A stretch of 64,000 bases of DNA from Octopus sinensis (GCF_006345805.1 NC_043006.1:15376001-15440000); one strand, 5' to 3'. Positions 24,752-38,711 are shown, counted from the first letter of the stretch. Notes: a model not told the origin generated them from the letters alone. Program-made: numbers and translations.

Positions 24752-26055
24752 GTCAAGCTGAGCTACTCTTACTTAGACAACATCGCATCCAACATCGCAT
24801 GCATCAACACCCGCACAACCCCCAACCCCTACCAGCAATCTCTGAAGCTCCCACCATGTGCCCTGTAGAAGGATCTTGCCTCTCAAGGACAGTAATATAC
24901 AGAGCTACCCTTACACCATCCGATGGCATTACTAGGCACTATACGGGTACGACAGCTAATGACTTCAAGGGAAGATACTCCCACTATATGCACTCGTTCA
25001 GATCCAGGGACAAAGGGAACTCTGCTTCTTTGTCTACTTTTCTCTGGAGACACCGTGACCTCCGAAACGAAACACCAAGCATCATTTGAACTATTGTCGA
25101 CAGAGTGGCACCATATTCACCAGCGATCCCCAACTGTCAGATCTTCCTCCTAGGAAAACTGCATATCCTCTAACATCTCGCGGCATTCATCGACAAGAAA
25201 TACCGATTTATCTTATTGCTGTCACCATTGCTGGCAAATTTCAATCCTATGTCTACCGAAAACCTGGATATATTACCTTAGCACCAGCTGCTCCTCTACA
25301 CTGCCTGCACCAAGGTCACCGTCAACTACCAATTTCATGAGCAGGACCACCAGTTACCAATCCCCAACGCTTGTTATGCGCATATATGAGTGTGTGTGTG
25401 TGCGTGTGTGTGTGCGCGTGCGCATGTTCGTTCATATATGCGTGAGGGTGGGAGAGCGCGAGCGGCCGTGTACAGATGCGTACGCTTGCATTAATACAGA
25501 CATGTACGCAAGACCATATGAGTGCGTCCACACATCCACATATACGACTATATACTTGCAATACTTCCTACTTCCCCTCGAACAACCAGACCGATTTCAT
25601 GCCTACCATGCGGTCGATTTCCTGTTCACTATGTAGTATTTTCCAACTGACTGTTGTTGCTGGTATACCGATACACCAATATCGAAATACGACACCATGT
25701 GACCTTCCTCGGCCAATCGCAGCCCACCTTACGGTAATAACTACCAATTTCTTTCATTCAAATTCAAAATAGCTGAAGACTAGCATCATTTTTGAAACTC
25801 GGAGTACCAACGTATGTATACTTTTTATTATTATTATGCAATTTACTTAATCATCTGTATATTATTGTTGTTTTATTTTCAATATTTCTATTATATGTAA
25901 TTTTCTAGATGGTGTAATTTAATTGTTCATTTTGAATTGATAAAAGGTGTTTTTTTTCTAATTTTTATATATATATAATATATTTTGTGAAATTTGATTT
26001 AGTATTTCTAAATTGAATTTTCCCCTGTAAGTTAGGAATAATATTCCCTCAAATA
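24752..26055 (+). mobile_element. Penelope-like element 3' fragment (GIY-YIG endonuclease pseudogene, 3' UTR and AT-rich terminal segment), right arm of palindrome
   Basis: ORF 24799-25089 contains CPVEGSCLSRTVIYRATLTPSDGITRHYTGTTANDFKGRYSHYMHSFRSRDKGNSASLSTFLW, matching PLE GIY-YIG (CPL.G.CL...VIY.A.V......YIG.T...FK.RY..H..SF). The terminal 25820-26055 segment also occurs at 22060-22435. Confidence 0.88.
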
Positions 26056-27399
26056 ATTATATATGTATATGTGTGTGTGTGTGTATATGTATGTATGCAT
26101 GTATGTATGTATGTATGTATGTATGTATGTATGTATGTATGTATGAGAGTGTGTGTGCGTGCGGGTGTCTGCTTCAGTGGCTCATAAAAGCGGATTGTAT
26201 GTTACAATGCTATATAACAGTGGGATATCAAGGAAATGACAATAACCTAATTCTATACAGGCACTTTAAGAATCTCTCTCTAACCTCAATAACGAATCCA
26301 CGAAATGTTTTGATTTCTATTTGAAATCAAATTCGATACCATACTGTATTGATGGTGATTTTCTAATATTCTCGTATTACATCATCTTAAGACACTTGAG
26401 CATTTGGTTTTTATGAAATATATCCGTTTCATGGCACAGCTATACGTTGAACACAGCAAATTCTTATGGAAAACGTACTGAAGTGGTTTCTTCTTAACTT
26501 TCCGAGCTACGTAAAGTTCTACATTTCCTTCTGGCGAAAATAATAGGATTTGCGATATCGTGCCTTCTTAAAAGCATTAATAGTATAAAGATACAGAATT
26601 AGTACAATAATTGAAACCGGAGTAAAAATTTACCTCGACGACGATATTTCAGATTCTGTTTGCTTTTATTCTGTGCCAGGTAAGATATAATGAAATAAGA
26701 ATAATCCATATACACTGCGGTTATCGTTCATAAAAAAGCAATTGGAATAATCTCAGTGACAAAATACTGCAATCAGTAGCAATCAGTAACGCCATCGTTG
26801 CTACTAATATATTCAGCCTTTATTAGTACGGCGTGAAATTGGAAGGTGACAATAATATGCAATTTTCTATAAAATAGCCATAAACTATACAGTAACATTA
26901 ATCGAAAGCATATTAATTGGGATCAATGGCTGAAGCATCAAGGCAGAAAAATGCGTTTTAAGAATAAAATATAGCAACTTGCAATGTGGTATTATGGTGT
27001 CTTCCTTCAGGACATTAAATAGGAAGCAATTAAATTCATTTGGAATTTAGTGTTATTAGGTGCATGCCAATAACAACGGAGAAATTTCGATCATAATTTA
27101 CATTAGAAAAACTAGGTCGTTTGTAAAGATATTTTTTTTTAATAAGCAGATGGCAAGGGTGGAACGAGGGTTCATCACGACGAGAACAAATCAATAAGTG
27201 ATACGCAAACACGACAAAACTGTTGTAACACACACACACACACACCACACACACAGAGTATTAGTGAAGACTGGCATTTAAGTGAACGCGAGGACTCTAG
27301 TTATGTGCTACTCAGGTTTAAAGTGGTAAGGTGTTATAATATTTTTATGATATGTTCAATGATCGTGTCGTTTACTGTTGAAATGAAAATAATTAACAT

Positions 27400-27830
27400 A
27401 ATATCACAGGAGGATGTTTTAAGATCAGTGTTAATAGAATCAGTTCAGTGAGATGTCTAGGTTGTATGTAGATGAGGTCTAAAGATTAGAAAAAGACGAA
27501 GGAGCCTGTCTTCTTCGTAGGCCTTTGTTGGATATGAAGACAAATAGCTCATTGGTGCGTTAAAAGAAAAGCGATGTAGACAAAACTAGAGCTGACAGAA
27601 CTTAGGTTGGATGTAGATGCTGCGATACTGAGATGAAGAATTAAGTCACCTATGCAAAAGATGAAAAACTGATGGAATTTAATGCTGGCAGTTTTGACAT
27701 GAAATTCGCAAGGCAGACACTGTCGAAAGCTTTGCCGATGTTAAGAACAACAACAATGCTTTCACCAAACATCTCGATAGCAAAAACGCATTGGCGAGTG
27801 ATGTAAGAAAGTGCACAAACTTTACACCTG
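27400..27830 (-). mobile_element. Decayed LINE reverse-transcriptase fragment (CR1/Jockey-like)
   Basis: Minus strand encodes LNIGKAFDSV (an LDISKAFD.V-type motif) in a GES..V context; many stops and frameshifts. Confidence 0.6.
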
Positions 27831-30263
27831 GTTTCTAAAGAGAAGAGAGACTTCAGTTGTTTTAGAAGGTTCTTTTTTGTATATGATCGCTTTAGTTAGA
27901 TAAACATGTAATTAATGAATATCTATTATGCAAGTAAGGAAGTGTTATGAATGTGATTTCCTCATACAAACTCGGTCTGCGTCAGCGCCATATAGCGTGC
28001 AAAAATAGTGTGTCATCATCTCATTCCAAAATCTTTGATACATGCTCCTATTTTAAGTATATTTTGAAGGAAATCGCACATTTGGCTCGTCGGTTACCGC
28101 ACCAAAATTTTTAGAAAGAAATCTAGATGACAATATAAGTACATAATTCAGTCTACTTCATTATTGCCATCAATACTATTAAAACTTCATATGCAGGAGC
28201 TTTATTAGTTTCTTCAGTGTTTTGCATAAAAATTTCAAGGGCTGTCGAGTTTTTAATTCGTTTGTATTTAAGGATACGATCAAATCAAATATAATATTAA
28301 AACACCCCCAGTTGGTGATTACACAAAACGATCCCTTTCAATTTGTCGCTCTACTTTTGAGAAATATTTACAAAGGTACTGAAATTTTTCCTGAAATGTC
28401 TTTATTCATAGCTTTATCAAACATTTTAATTAAACCACGTTTAATTGAAAGAAATGGTAGAAATACTTCGAAAGCATAGGTTGAATACTAATTCGTCATG
28501 TTGAGCTTAATGAACAGTCATGTTTAATGTAGTGACATGTGCTAGAGTGATTATCCCTTAGGTATTAGAAACAACAGTATTTTGTAAATCCTACTTACAT
28601 GCCAATAAATCCCGTATACCCTGCTTGGCATGCCAATTAAATAACTTTGAAATTTTCATAGTGATTCCTTTGATGAAAACTGTATTGAAAGTATCAAACA
28701 GCATATCCATGTTAACCTACGTCCTTTTTAGCTAAACAAACTAGGCAACGGGGATTTATGGTTATACGTTTCCATTATGAAATATAACAGCTTTCAGGTG
28801 ATGAATCGATGTAGAGGCATCTATCTGAAATAATTTTCTGAAAAGAACATTGATGGCATAGCAGTTGTATAGTGGACAATGTATTGTTAAGTATATTGCC
28901 AAGCTGAAATTTGGTTTTCGATGGAAATTTTCTCAGAAAGTTTGGTCTCGGTAAATCACCTCCGTTCAGTCTGAGGCAACAAGCATCACTTACTCTTTCG
29001 ACTGTGATAAGTATCAAACAAAACCAATAAAATACTTTTGAATAAATAACCATGGTTCTGAATTTTCTTCAGATGTTTGTTAGGGATTTGTAGAAGCTAC
29101 AGCACCTTTGGGGGAAGGAACCGTACCTTCTTTATCACCAACCATTTCATCAACTATGGAAGTTCGTTCATTACTTGGTGTAAAGAAGAAATGGATGTTG
29201 TTTCATAATGATTCAGGAGTCTGATTACTGAATATAAAATTGAATAAACATCTGATCTCTATTCTTTTTTTTTTGTAGTAGCGTCCAGCATGAAGACCAT
29301 TTTCTGTTCCCTCCATGTCATGGACATATCAAAGGAAATTGATCTTGACTTTCTGTTTATTCACTCATATCATTAATTTGAACACCCAGAGCAGATTCGA
29401 ACCTGGTGCCATTGTTTTTGGTCATATTTATGACAACCAAAGTATATCACGTATATTTTTATAAGATTCGTAGTGCTTTAGTTGTATATAAACATAGCAG
29501 AAAAAACTGAACGAACTTTAAATTCAGGAGGCAATGACTGAGGGAAGTTATTTTGATAATCTTCATTAGTGCAATTTTAATTGCCTGGGGAGCAATAATC
29601 CGACCTACTAATTCAATAACTGAAGACAGTTCATCAGTGTCAAACTAGTATTAAAAGATTATCACAACTGGTATGTATAAAGATATACAGATATATTTAA
29701 TTTATTCGGGAGTCGGTGTAGCTTTGTATATTGTTTTAGTAAAGACATCATGGCACAATGACAGGTAGTTTCATGATACCTTTAAAAGCAATTATATATC
29801 GTCCTTTGGGATGCGAAACGATGGCAATTTTCTATTGTATCTTGAGGCTTTCAAGGATTCATTATAAATTTTATTAGGCATTTTATAACTAGCTCCTGCA
29901 CTAGGTTTGCAAACAACAAAACCTTTGAAATGTGATGTGCTGCAACAATCACAACTCAAAGAGATGCGACACTTTCTCTTAATATTAACATTAATCTCAC
30001 GTTTACACGAAACATCTGCATGCATAACCTTTTTTTGTGGTACGCGCAGTTTTTCACTTCAAAATCTTTGTTGAAGTATGCTAGGCCTGTAATTAGGAGT
30101 CATCGGTGAATGAATACCCTTGCAAATATTCACAACCAACACATTGGATGTTGCTCACTTTACTTTTAAATATCTAATGTTGTTTTACTGCAGTTGTTTC
30201 ACTACTACCCTGTGCAAATGCGCAAGGATGACATGCAAATTCATGAAGCATTCCATATGCATA

Positions 30264-30658
30264 TACTCTTTTACTCTTTTACTTGTTTCAGTCATTTGAC
30301 CGCAGCCATGCTGGAGCACCGCCTTTAGTCGAGCATATCGGCCCCGGGACTTATTCTTTGTAAGCCCAGTACTTATTCTATCGGTGACTTTTGCCGAACC
30401 GCTAAGTGTCGGGGACGTGAACACACCAGCATTGGTTGTCAAGCAATGCTAAGGGGACAAACACAGACACACAAACACATACATATATATATATATATAC
30501 ATATATACGACAGGCTTCTTTCAGTTTCCGTCTACCAAATCCACTCATAAGGCATTGGTCGGCCCGAGGCTATATAGTAGAAGACATTTGCCCAAGGTGC
30601 CACGCAGTGGGACTGAACCCGGAACCATGTGGCTGGTAAACAACCACTCCTGCGCCTA
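30264..30658 (-). mobile_element. tRNA-derived SINE (TAGGCGCAGGAGTGGCTG family) with internal microsatellite and (AAAGAGTA) tail
   Basis: Matches copies at 51790, 61261 and 61734. Confidence 0.88.
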
Positions 30659-31139
30659 TATTATTTAATTGAACGCCACGCATCCATTGCCAAGTAAGTT
30701 TATCGTTACTTTTTTGATGTGACTCTCCTTCCTATACTAATTCCTTTCTCCATCTTTCTCTAATTCCCTTTTCTCCCCCTCTCTGCTTCCCCGTTTTCTA
30801 TCTGTCTCTCTCCCTCCCTCCCCTCTTTCTCTTCTCTCTCTCTCTCTCTTGCTTCTCCAGGTAATGAGCTGCAAACTGACTGGCTTAAATAATTCGATCT
30901 TTATTCATCACTGTCTCATGCTGCTTTAGACAAGAACCGACACCTCGGCTTTCGTGGTCTGGAACACTGTTACCGCTACATCATTCGTTGCTCACACTTG
31001 ACCATCGTCCATCTGTCTTTTCCACAGGTGATCTTATTTCTTTTCCTGCACGGACGTTCAAAAGAACGGACGCTTTTCTCTCTCTCTTCTATCTTTTCTC
31101 TTTTCAAAAAGATATTTCTCACATGGGTTCACTATTTGT

Positions 31140-31285
31140 ATGTATGTATGTATGTATGTATGTATGTATGTATGTATGTATGTATGAATGTGTATGTATG
31201 TATGTATGTATGTATGTATGTATGTATGTATGTATGTATGTATGTATGAATGTGTATGTATGTATGTATGTATGTATGTATTTAT
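31140..31285. repeat. (TATG)n microsatellite
   Basis: Direct reading. Confidence 0.95.
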
Positions 31286-31294
31286 GTATTTGTG

Positions 31295-31500
31295 AGTCTG
31301 TGTTTGTCCTCCCACCATCGCCTAACAACCGATGTTGGCCTGTTTACATCTCCGTAACTTAGCAGTTCGACAAAAGATACCGATAGAATAAGTACTAGGT
31401 TTACAAAGAATAAGTTCAGGCGTCGATTTCGTCGTCTAAAAGCGCTACTCCAGCCTGGCCGCAGTTACATGACTGAAACAAGTAAAAGAATAAAAGAATA
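31295..31500 (+). mobile_element. 3' half of SINE (TAGGCGCAGG family)
   Basis: ACAACCGATGTTGG...ACAAAGAATAAG...GACTGAAACAAGTAAAAGAATAAAAG. Confidence 0.75.
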
Positions 31501-31593
31501 TCATCATTAATAGTCGTTCAGCTGTTATCACAAAAATGATCTCTTTTTTCCGTAATGCGTTTTGTATTATGTGTCGTTTCTTTTTATCATAAA

Positions 31594-31991
31594 CTAGTTG
31601 TATCGCCCGGCGTTGCTCGGGTTTGTAATGGAAATAACTATATAAGCATTTTTAGAGATGTAAAATATAATAGCCATCTTAATATGGCTAACCACAAAGG
31701 GGGCGGTGTTACTGTAGCTTTTTGCGTTCTGAGATTTAATAATACATTTTTTGAGAGTTACTTCCCTTATATAATAGCAAAAAAAATGCATTAAAAATGG
31801 GCAAAAAATGATGGTAAATTTTTTTAAAATCGTAAACTCATCGTAGACGCGCGCTAATACCCAGAAGGGCTCGATATGAATCACGACTATAAGATAACCG
31901 GTTTTGGTTACACTGCACCGCAAAATGTGGGAGTAGTTAGGAATCTAAATCGTAGGAGACAGACACACAACTTCACTTTTATATATAAAGA
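31594..31991 (-). mobile_element. Non-autonomous Helitron
   Basis: On the minus strand A|TCTTTATATATAAAAGTGAAG ... CCCGAGCAACGCCGGG hairpin ... CTAG|T; same family as 48486-48882. Confidence 0.87.
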
Positions 31992-33532
31992 TAACAAAAT
32001 CAAAATTTGAATAAACATATGCTGCAATGTAATTAGAGCTTTTGAAATGTTCCTTTATTACTTAATTTAATGTTATTGTTTAAATTTTATGAGTATTTAG
32101 TGTTTAATTTCCTTTTGCATTTTTTAACAAAAGAAACTTTGAGGCATTTTAAAGAACATAGTACAAAATGGATAAAGCTAGTGTGACTTGAGGTAAGTGT
32201 ATGGGTCTCCTATAGTAACTACAGGCACATTCTTCTTGAGTTTCAGTTATGCCTTATCCGCTGGCTAAATTAAAACGAGTTCTTGTATGTTCGTCCAAGT
32301 TCTTTCTCATGTTGAGCTCTGAAGTGACTCAAACCTCAAACAATTTAAGCAATCCGTCGGTACTGCGACCCGCGATGTTGGCTGTAGGTATGGACTTGCT
32401 GCTCCAGGTACTGAGCTGCAAGCCGACTGGTTTAAATGATTCAATCTTTATTCATCACTGTCTCATGCTACTTGAGATAAGAACCGACACCTCGGCTTCC
32501 ATGGTCTGGAACATTGTTATCGCTATGTATTTATGTATTTGTGCGTCTGTATTTGTCCTCCCACCATCACCTAACAACCGATGTTGGTGTGTTTACGTCT
32601 CCGTGATTTAGCGGTTCGACAAAAGAGACCGATAGCATAAGTACTAGGCTTACAAAGAATAAGTCCAGGCGTCGATTTCGTCGTCTAAAAGCGCTACTCC
32701 ATGGTGTATACTCATTCGTTTATATCAACACAACTAATTACCAGCCTTGTTCAAAGGGATACCCGTCGATAACTCCAATTTCCGCAACAGTTGGATCGTG
32801 AGTTACGAGTTATGAGTGAAAATGTTGGATCGAGAGTTACGAGTTATGAGTGAAAATGTCGCCGGTCATAGCGGGATTTGTAAATTATTGGGAGAAAATG
32901 TAAACTGCTGTAAGATCTTTTTCCGACTCTTAAACGATCCTGCAAAAACATCAGCCCATAATTTCTAATTTAAGGAGAAGGCTAGCAATTTCGTGCAGAG
33001 CTGGCTGGTCGATTACATTCTTTATTACATTGCTTTACATTTATTGACTCCGGAGCGATAAAATGTAAAGTTCAGTCGGTGGGTTTTGAAATCAGAACGA
33101 AAAGTACTTGAATAGATTTTCGTAAGCTCCAGACGAACCAACTATTCTATCATTTCACCGTTCATTAATGGTAATGCAAAATAATTAGATATTTAACGAT
33201 GACTTCTTTACTTCAATGAAACGAGTGACTGCGATATTCAATTGTTCTTTCACTTCTCCTTTGAACTATAATAAACTGTTGCTATCTAAACGTTTTAAAA
33301 GAATGCTTTGTATCCTACAGAGATGATGACATTAGCGGCAGTACGTTTCTTTTAAATTAATTAAAAAAATGCAATTACTGATGTTTACCAATAAGTTAAA
33401 TGATTAAAAGATTTTATATCAATTTAAAATTGAGATCAACATTGAATTTATACATAGAGTGTAAATATTAATTAGATTTTTTTAATATTTCTGCTTATAA
33501 TTTTTGTCTGTATGTAAAATGAAAAAAGAAAT

Positions 33533-33541
33533 TATTATTTT

Positions 33542-33580
<39 letters not shown>

Positions 33581-33620
33581 GTCGTCGTCGTCGTCGTCGT
33601 TGTTGTTGTTGTTGTTGTTG

Positions 33621-33679
<59 letters not shown>

Positions 33680-33712
33680 GTTATTATTATTATTATTATT
33701 GTTATTATTATT
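33533..33712. repeat. Compound trinucleotide microsatellite (TCA)n-(TCG)n-(TTG)n-(TTA)n
   Basis: Direct reading. Confidence 0.95.
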
Positions 33713-36470
33713 ATTTTCATTATTCTGCACTGGATGTGCTTCGCGTCAGTTCCTAAAATGTCAGTTGGTATTACTGAAAATATGTTGTGTTGTTAAAACG
33801 TTTTTGAAATTTCTTTAATTAAGGACCTGTAGTTCAATGGACGAAGAGTGGCACAACAAATGAAGGCTTGAAAGGGTATATTTTATGTAACAAAAGTTTT
33901 ACAATCTCAGATATTATCTTGTTTAAAATCATAGGCCACTAAAACTCACACCCTATAGATTAGGTGACGTGGTTGGAGGAGAAATGGTTCCTTTGACTAT
34001 AAACTTCCTAGCGGAGATTATGTTCCCCTTTACTCAAACATCGTCACAGTTACTCAACTTTGTAGTTGTTTGAAGAGAGAAAACGAAATTGATAGAGATT
34101 ACAAACTGAAGCAAAGAGAACAATGCAGTGTAATTTAACGTAAAACTTACTCTGCGTCTTTTGTGACATCCTATCTTTGTACTGTTTCCACACTTGATGG
34201 TCTTTAGACCCTTCTAATCAATAAAAGGATTTCATTTTAACAGTTTGTTATATTTCTATTTCGTGCTTTCACTATAAAACAATGCACAGTTATGGGTAAC
34301 TTCATACGTTCAGTGTAGTTCTTCCATCGCATTGAAATGCCCCATGCAAAATGTTTACAATATCTACAAGTGGTATATCTCACCTGTTGTGTATTTGTGT
34401 AATGTCATGAGCATCAGAATATATTTCTCTGCTTGTATTTTAGCCATTTCCCAAGATATCTCTTATAAGGATTGTCTCTGTTTCCAATATTCAAAATCTA
34501 GTTATCTTTAGTAATAGGAATGGTGTTTCATAATTGAATATATATATATATATATATATAATAGCATATATAATCTATTATTTATATATATTTACGAAAT
34601 GAAGATATATAGTAATAGGGGCATTTTATAAATGATTAGTGTCTTATATTTTATCATATTGCAGTGCACTGTTAGTTCTCTCATACAGACTTACGGAGAA
34701 AGAACAGATACCATTAAGATTATTATGGAAAAAATACCGAAGTGATGCTTTATTGTCAAACCTACGTTTAAAAAAATCAATAGGTGATTATCTAGTGTTT
34801 CACTGTATCAATAATAACCAAGGGACTTCTATTTACACATAGTTCTATCATTCAATGAAAACACATATGTCGTATCTCAAAAAAAAAAGTCTTTAGGAAT
34901 AATGATTACCATTTATAAAAACCAGGGAATTTTAGGACTCTAAATGTTTCAGAGTATTGATTGTTTTACTGTTATCGAGAAAACTGAGTTAAGTTAATTA
35001 CATCGTTTTTTCAGTATTTTTAGTCCAAATATTCACACTGCGTCAATCGATTGGAATATCTTTCAATCGTTCATTACGAAATGTCGAGTGCATTGTAAAC
35101 AAAAAGGTACAACAGAGAATAAAAAGTTAACTGGAGAATCCGAACGAGCTTAGAAAGAGAAGCGTTTAATGAACGACGAAGGAAGGATTCATTAAAGCAG
35201 TTATAAAATCCAAATTTACCCAAATTGTAATGTGAAATTAATGGAATGAAAAGAGAACAGGAATTACAAATGACGAAATCACCTTTATTAGTTTATAGCT
35301 ATTTCTGTTGTAAGCTGCAATGCACTCAGTGTCCAGTGATACTGCATAACTTTATAGCTTCATTTGAACGTTTAAAATGAAGTGCATATTTATTTTAGAA
35401 AGCATTTAAATACATCTCTGAGTACACCGTAACATAGCAGAAACAGTTGTAAGCTAATGAAGTTAATTCTTGCTGCCACGTCTTTCCATTAATTTCATAT
35501 TATGATCTGTAGTTGCCTAACGCTTTAATCTGAAGCATATGTATATTGGGTTCTAACAGTAAGTTAGAACCCAATCGCTATGCCTAAGAGGAATCTTAAA
35601 ATGCATTTTATAAAAAAGTGTTAGAAATACAAAAAAAAAAAAAAAAAAATTTCTAAAACAGATTGAAAACGATTAAGGATGTTCATGAGAAAGTATGTTT
35701 CTTTCAGAGCTTAACATCACCGAAGCTGGATAGATTCGGTTAAGTGAACTTTTGGTCGTATTCTTTATTTCATGTAATTAAATAAAAAATTGGAGGTTCA
35801 ATCTTTAGATTTTTCTCTGAGTCATTAAAACAGGACGAAAACAATAAAGTAACAGACCACACCCTACAAAATATAAAAAAATGTTTGTAATATCAGAAAA
35901 AAAAACAACAATATTTTGAGGTCATTAATTTTAAAACATCAGTGATAATAATTTTAATGATGTATGAAATTTCCGGGTCAGCAATTTACCAGAAGGAAGG
36001 ATGAAGAGGCGATTGCTTTAACTGCAGTATGTTTCGGTTACGTATTTTATCGACTATGAAAGAAGGAAATAGCAACGACGCGAGAGAAGTTTCTTCATAA
36101 CTTCCTGATTCTTTCATCTACCACCCAGAAAGTGATAATTCCTAACATAACAAAATTTAGGAGTGTGTTAGTCGATTCTGTCGACCGCGGTGCATAACTG
36201 GTATATTATGTTATTAATACAGGAGGAATGACGAGCAAAGTTGATTTTGGTTGGATTTGAACGTAAAAGAAAACAAGAACGCAAAGCATTTGTCTGACGT
36301 CCTAATAACACAACTACTTCGCGGCCTTTATCCTTTCTAAGATAGACTCAAGGACAGAAATTTTGAAGACGGAACTATCGATTATATCAGCCCCAGCAAA
36401 CGGCAGTTATTTTGATTACTGTCCCTGAAACGATGAAAGGTAAAGTTTACCTCGGTGGTATTTGAACACA

Positions 36471-36707
36471 TAAAGGCGGCGAGCTGGCAGAAACATTAGC
36501 ACGCCGGGCGAAATGCTTAGCGGTATTTCGTCTGCCGTTACGTTCTGAGTTCAAATTCCGCTGGGGTCGACTTTGCCTTTCATCCTTTCGGGGTCGATAA
36601 ATTAAGTACCAGTTACACACTGGGGTCGATGTAATCGACTTAATACCTATGTCTGTCCTTGTTTGTCCTCTCTGTGTTTATCCCCTTGTGGGTAATTAAG
36701 AAATAGA
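36471..36707 (+). mobile_element. tRNA-derived SINE (GGCGGCGAGCTGG family) with 12-bp TSD, nested in an older opposite-strand SINE
   Basis: TSD TATTTGAACACA at 36459-36470 and 36708-36719. Confidence 0.9.
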
Positions 36708-36850
36708 TATTTGAACACACAACAACAATAATAATAGTCCTTTCTACTTTAGGCATAAGGCCTGAAATTGTGGGGAAGGTGACTAGAAAATTACATTGAC
36801 CCTAGTGCGTAACTGGTACTTATTTAATCGACTTCAGATTAATAGAAGTT

Positions 36851-37232
36851 AGAAGGCCTGATTTAATAGTATTAGACAAGTAGATTAGAAAGAGATAATT
36901 GACTCTACACTCCCAAATGAGAAAATCAATATTAAGTATATAGAAAATAGCAAATTACCAGGACCTAGAATTGAGTTATAGAGGATATGGAAAATGTGGG
37001 TAAAATTTATCTCTGCAGTTATTGATGCATTAAGAACTATTCCTAAAGATTTGAACAGATGGATGGAGGAAATAGGCATAAAACCTCGTTTAGTGCGGCT
37101 GCAGTAAACAGTATTATTAGGGAGAACTAGGATATTTTGGAAGGTTCTTGGCATCTAAGGTTACTTGTAGCCCGGTTGTTAGGAATTTTTTCCCAGCTGT
37201 CAATGGTGTAAATGAAAAAAAAAAAAATAATA
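36851..37232 (+). mobile_element. R4/Dong-like LINE 3' end (restriction-like endonuclease region), decayed
   Basis: Translation RRPDLIVLDK...IIDS.LP.E..I...RIEL*RIWKM...ISAVIDALRTIPKDLNRWMEEIGIKPRLV.LQ*TVLLGRTRIFWKVLGI*, followed by an A/(AAT)n tail. Confidence 0.8.
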
Positions 37233-38631
37233 ATCTTTTCTACTAAAGGTACAAGGCCTGAAATTTTTTTGGTGGGGGTGGGGAGCTAGTCGATTGTATC
37301 GATCACAGTACGCAACTGGCACGTATTTCATCGACTCCGAAAGGATAGAAAGCAAAACAACCTCGGCGGAATTTGAACTCAGAACGTAAAGGTAGACGAA
37401 ATGCTGCTAAGCATTTTTCCCGGTGTGCTAACGATTCTGGCAGCTCACCGCTTAACTCGCACTTATTTCATCGACCCTGAGAAGATAAAAGGCGAGGTCG
37501 AACATGAAGGAATTAGAGTTTAAACGTTAAAGACGAACGAAATGCCAGTAAGCATGGATACAGATAATGTGTAGAAATAGATGTAAACAACAGATGTAAA
37601 CAACTACCAGAGCATAGGAAGTATAAATTAATTTCATGGCGAAAAATAAAGTAATTGAGACGGGGAGGTTTAATTCAAATAAGAGACTTACATGCTACTT
37701 GTTGGTGATTAAGAAAAGATTGACTTCTAGTAATTTATTAAGTTTGAAGGCTCCTCTTAAAGAGACAGCATCATATACCGATGTCGTTTTCTTCGATATT
37801 GCCTGTGGAAAATGTACTGAATAGGAATGTTAGCTTCAAATGGATGTTAGATTCAATAGAGATGTTTAATAACTTTAAGTTGGTGGAGACATGACTATGA
37901 GCCACTGCTTGAAATCTTGAGCAGATCTCTTTGATCATAGCCTCTTGTTGACTAATCTATTATGAATGGAAATTAGTAGATGGAAACACCGTGCAGGCAG
38001 TAGTCGTGTGTGTATGAGTATGTGTGTGTTCATGTGTGCATGTGAAGGTACCAAGCTGAAACTTCGAAATTACTGTCATCCTTGTGTCTGTAAATGTTTA
38101 ACAAACCCCGTTTCGGAACTCACAACGTCTCTTGACAACCGGTGTTGGTGTGTTAACGTTCCCGTTATTTAGAGCTTCGGCAAAAGAGATCGATAGAATA
38201 AGGACCAGGCTTTAAAGAATAAATATTGGGAGTCAATTCGTTTGACTAAAATTCTTCAAGGTTGCATGGTTGCAGTCGAATGACTGAAATAGGTAAAGGA
38301 TAAAAGATGCCCCATGGAATATCATCACACACGCACACACCCATACATACATACATACATACATACATACATACATACATACATACATACATGCATGCAT
38401 ACATTCATACATACATACACACACACATACATACATACATACATACACACATACATACATACATACATATATACAAGCATGATTACGCTTCGTGCAAATT
38501 TATAATTCATAGCTATATAATGCTATTGGGCCTGCGATCACTGCTGGTAATATCATCAATTTTAAAATTTATCCACAGATGATATGAACAGTAGTGACAT
38601 CTGATTTCAAATCTCACTGTTTGAATGTTTT

Positions 38632-38685
<54 letters not shown>

Positions 38686-38711
38686 ATATATACACACAAC
38701 CACACACACAC

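Noticed and set aside
28775-30025. Protein-like ORFs at 28775-29053 and 29792-30025 and other exon-like stretches (12250-12310, 15239-15341, 28070-28138, 35718-35749, 54061-54124, 56159-56401)
   Set aside because: No recognisable homology, weak splice signals or inconsistent strands and phases; such matches are expected by chance in AT-rich DNA.
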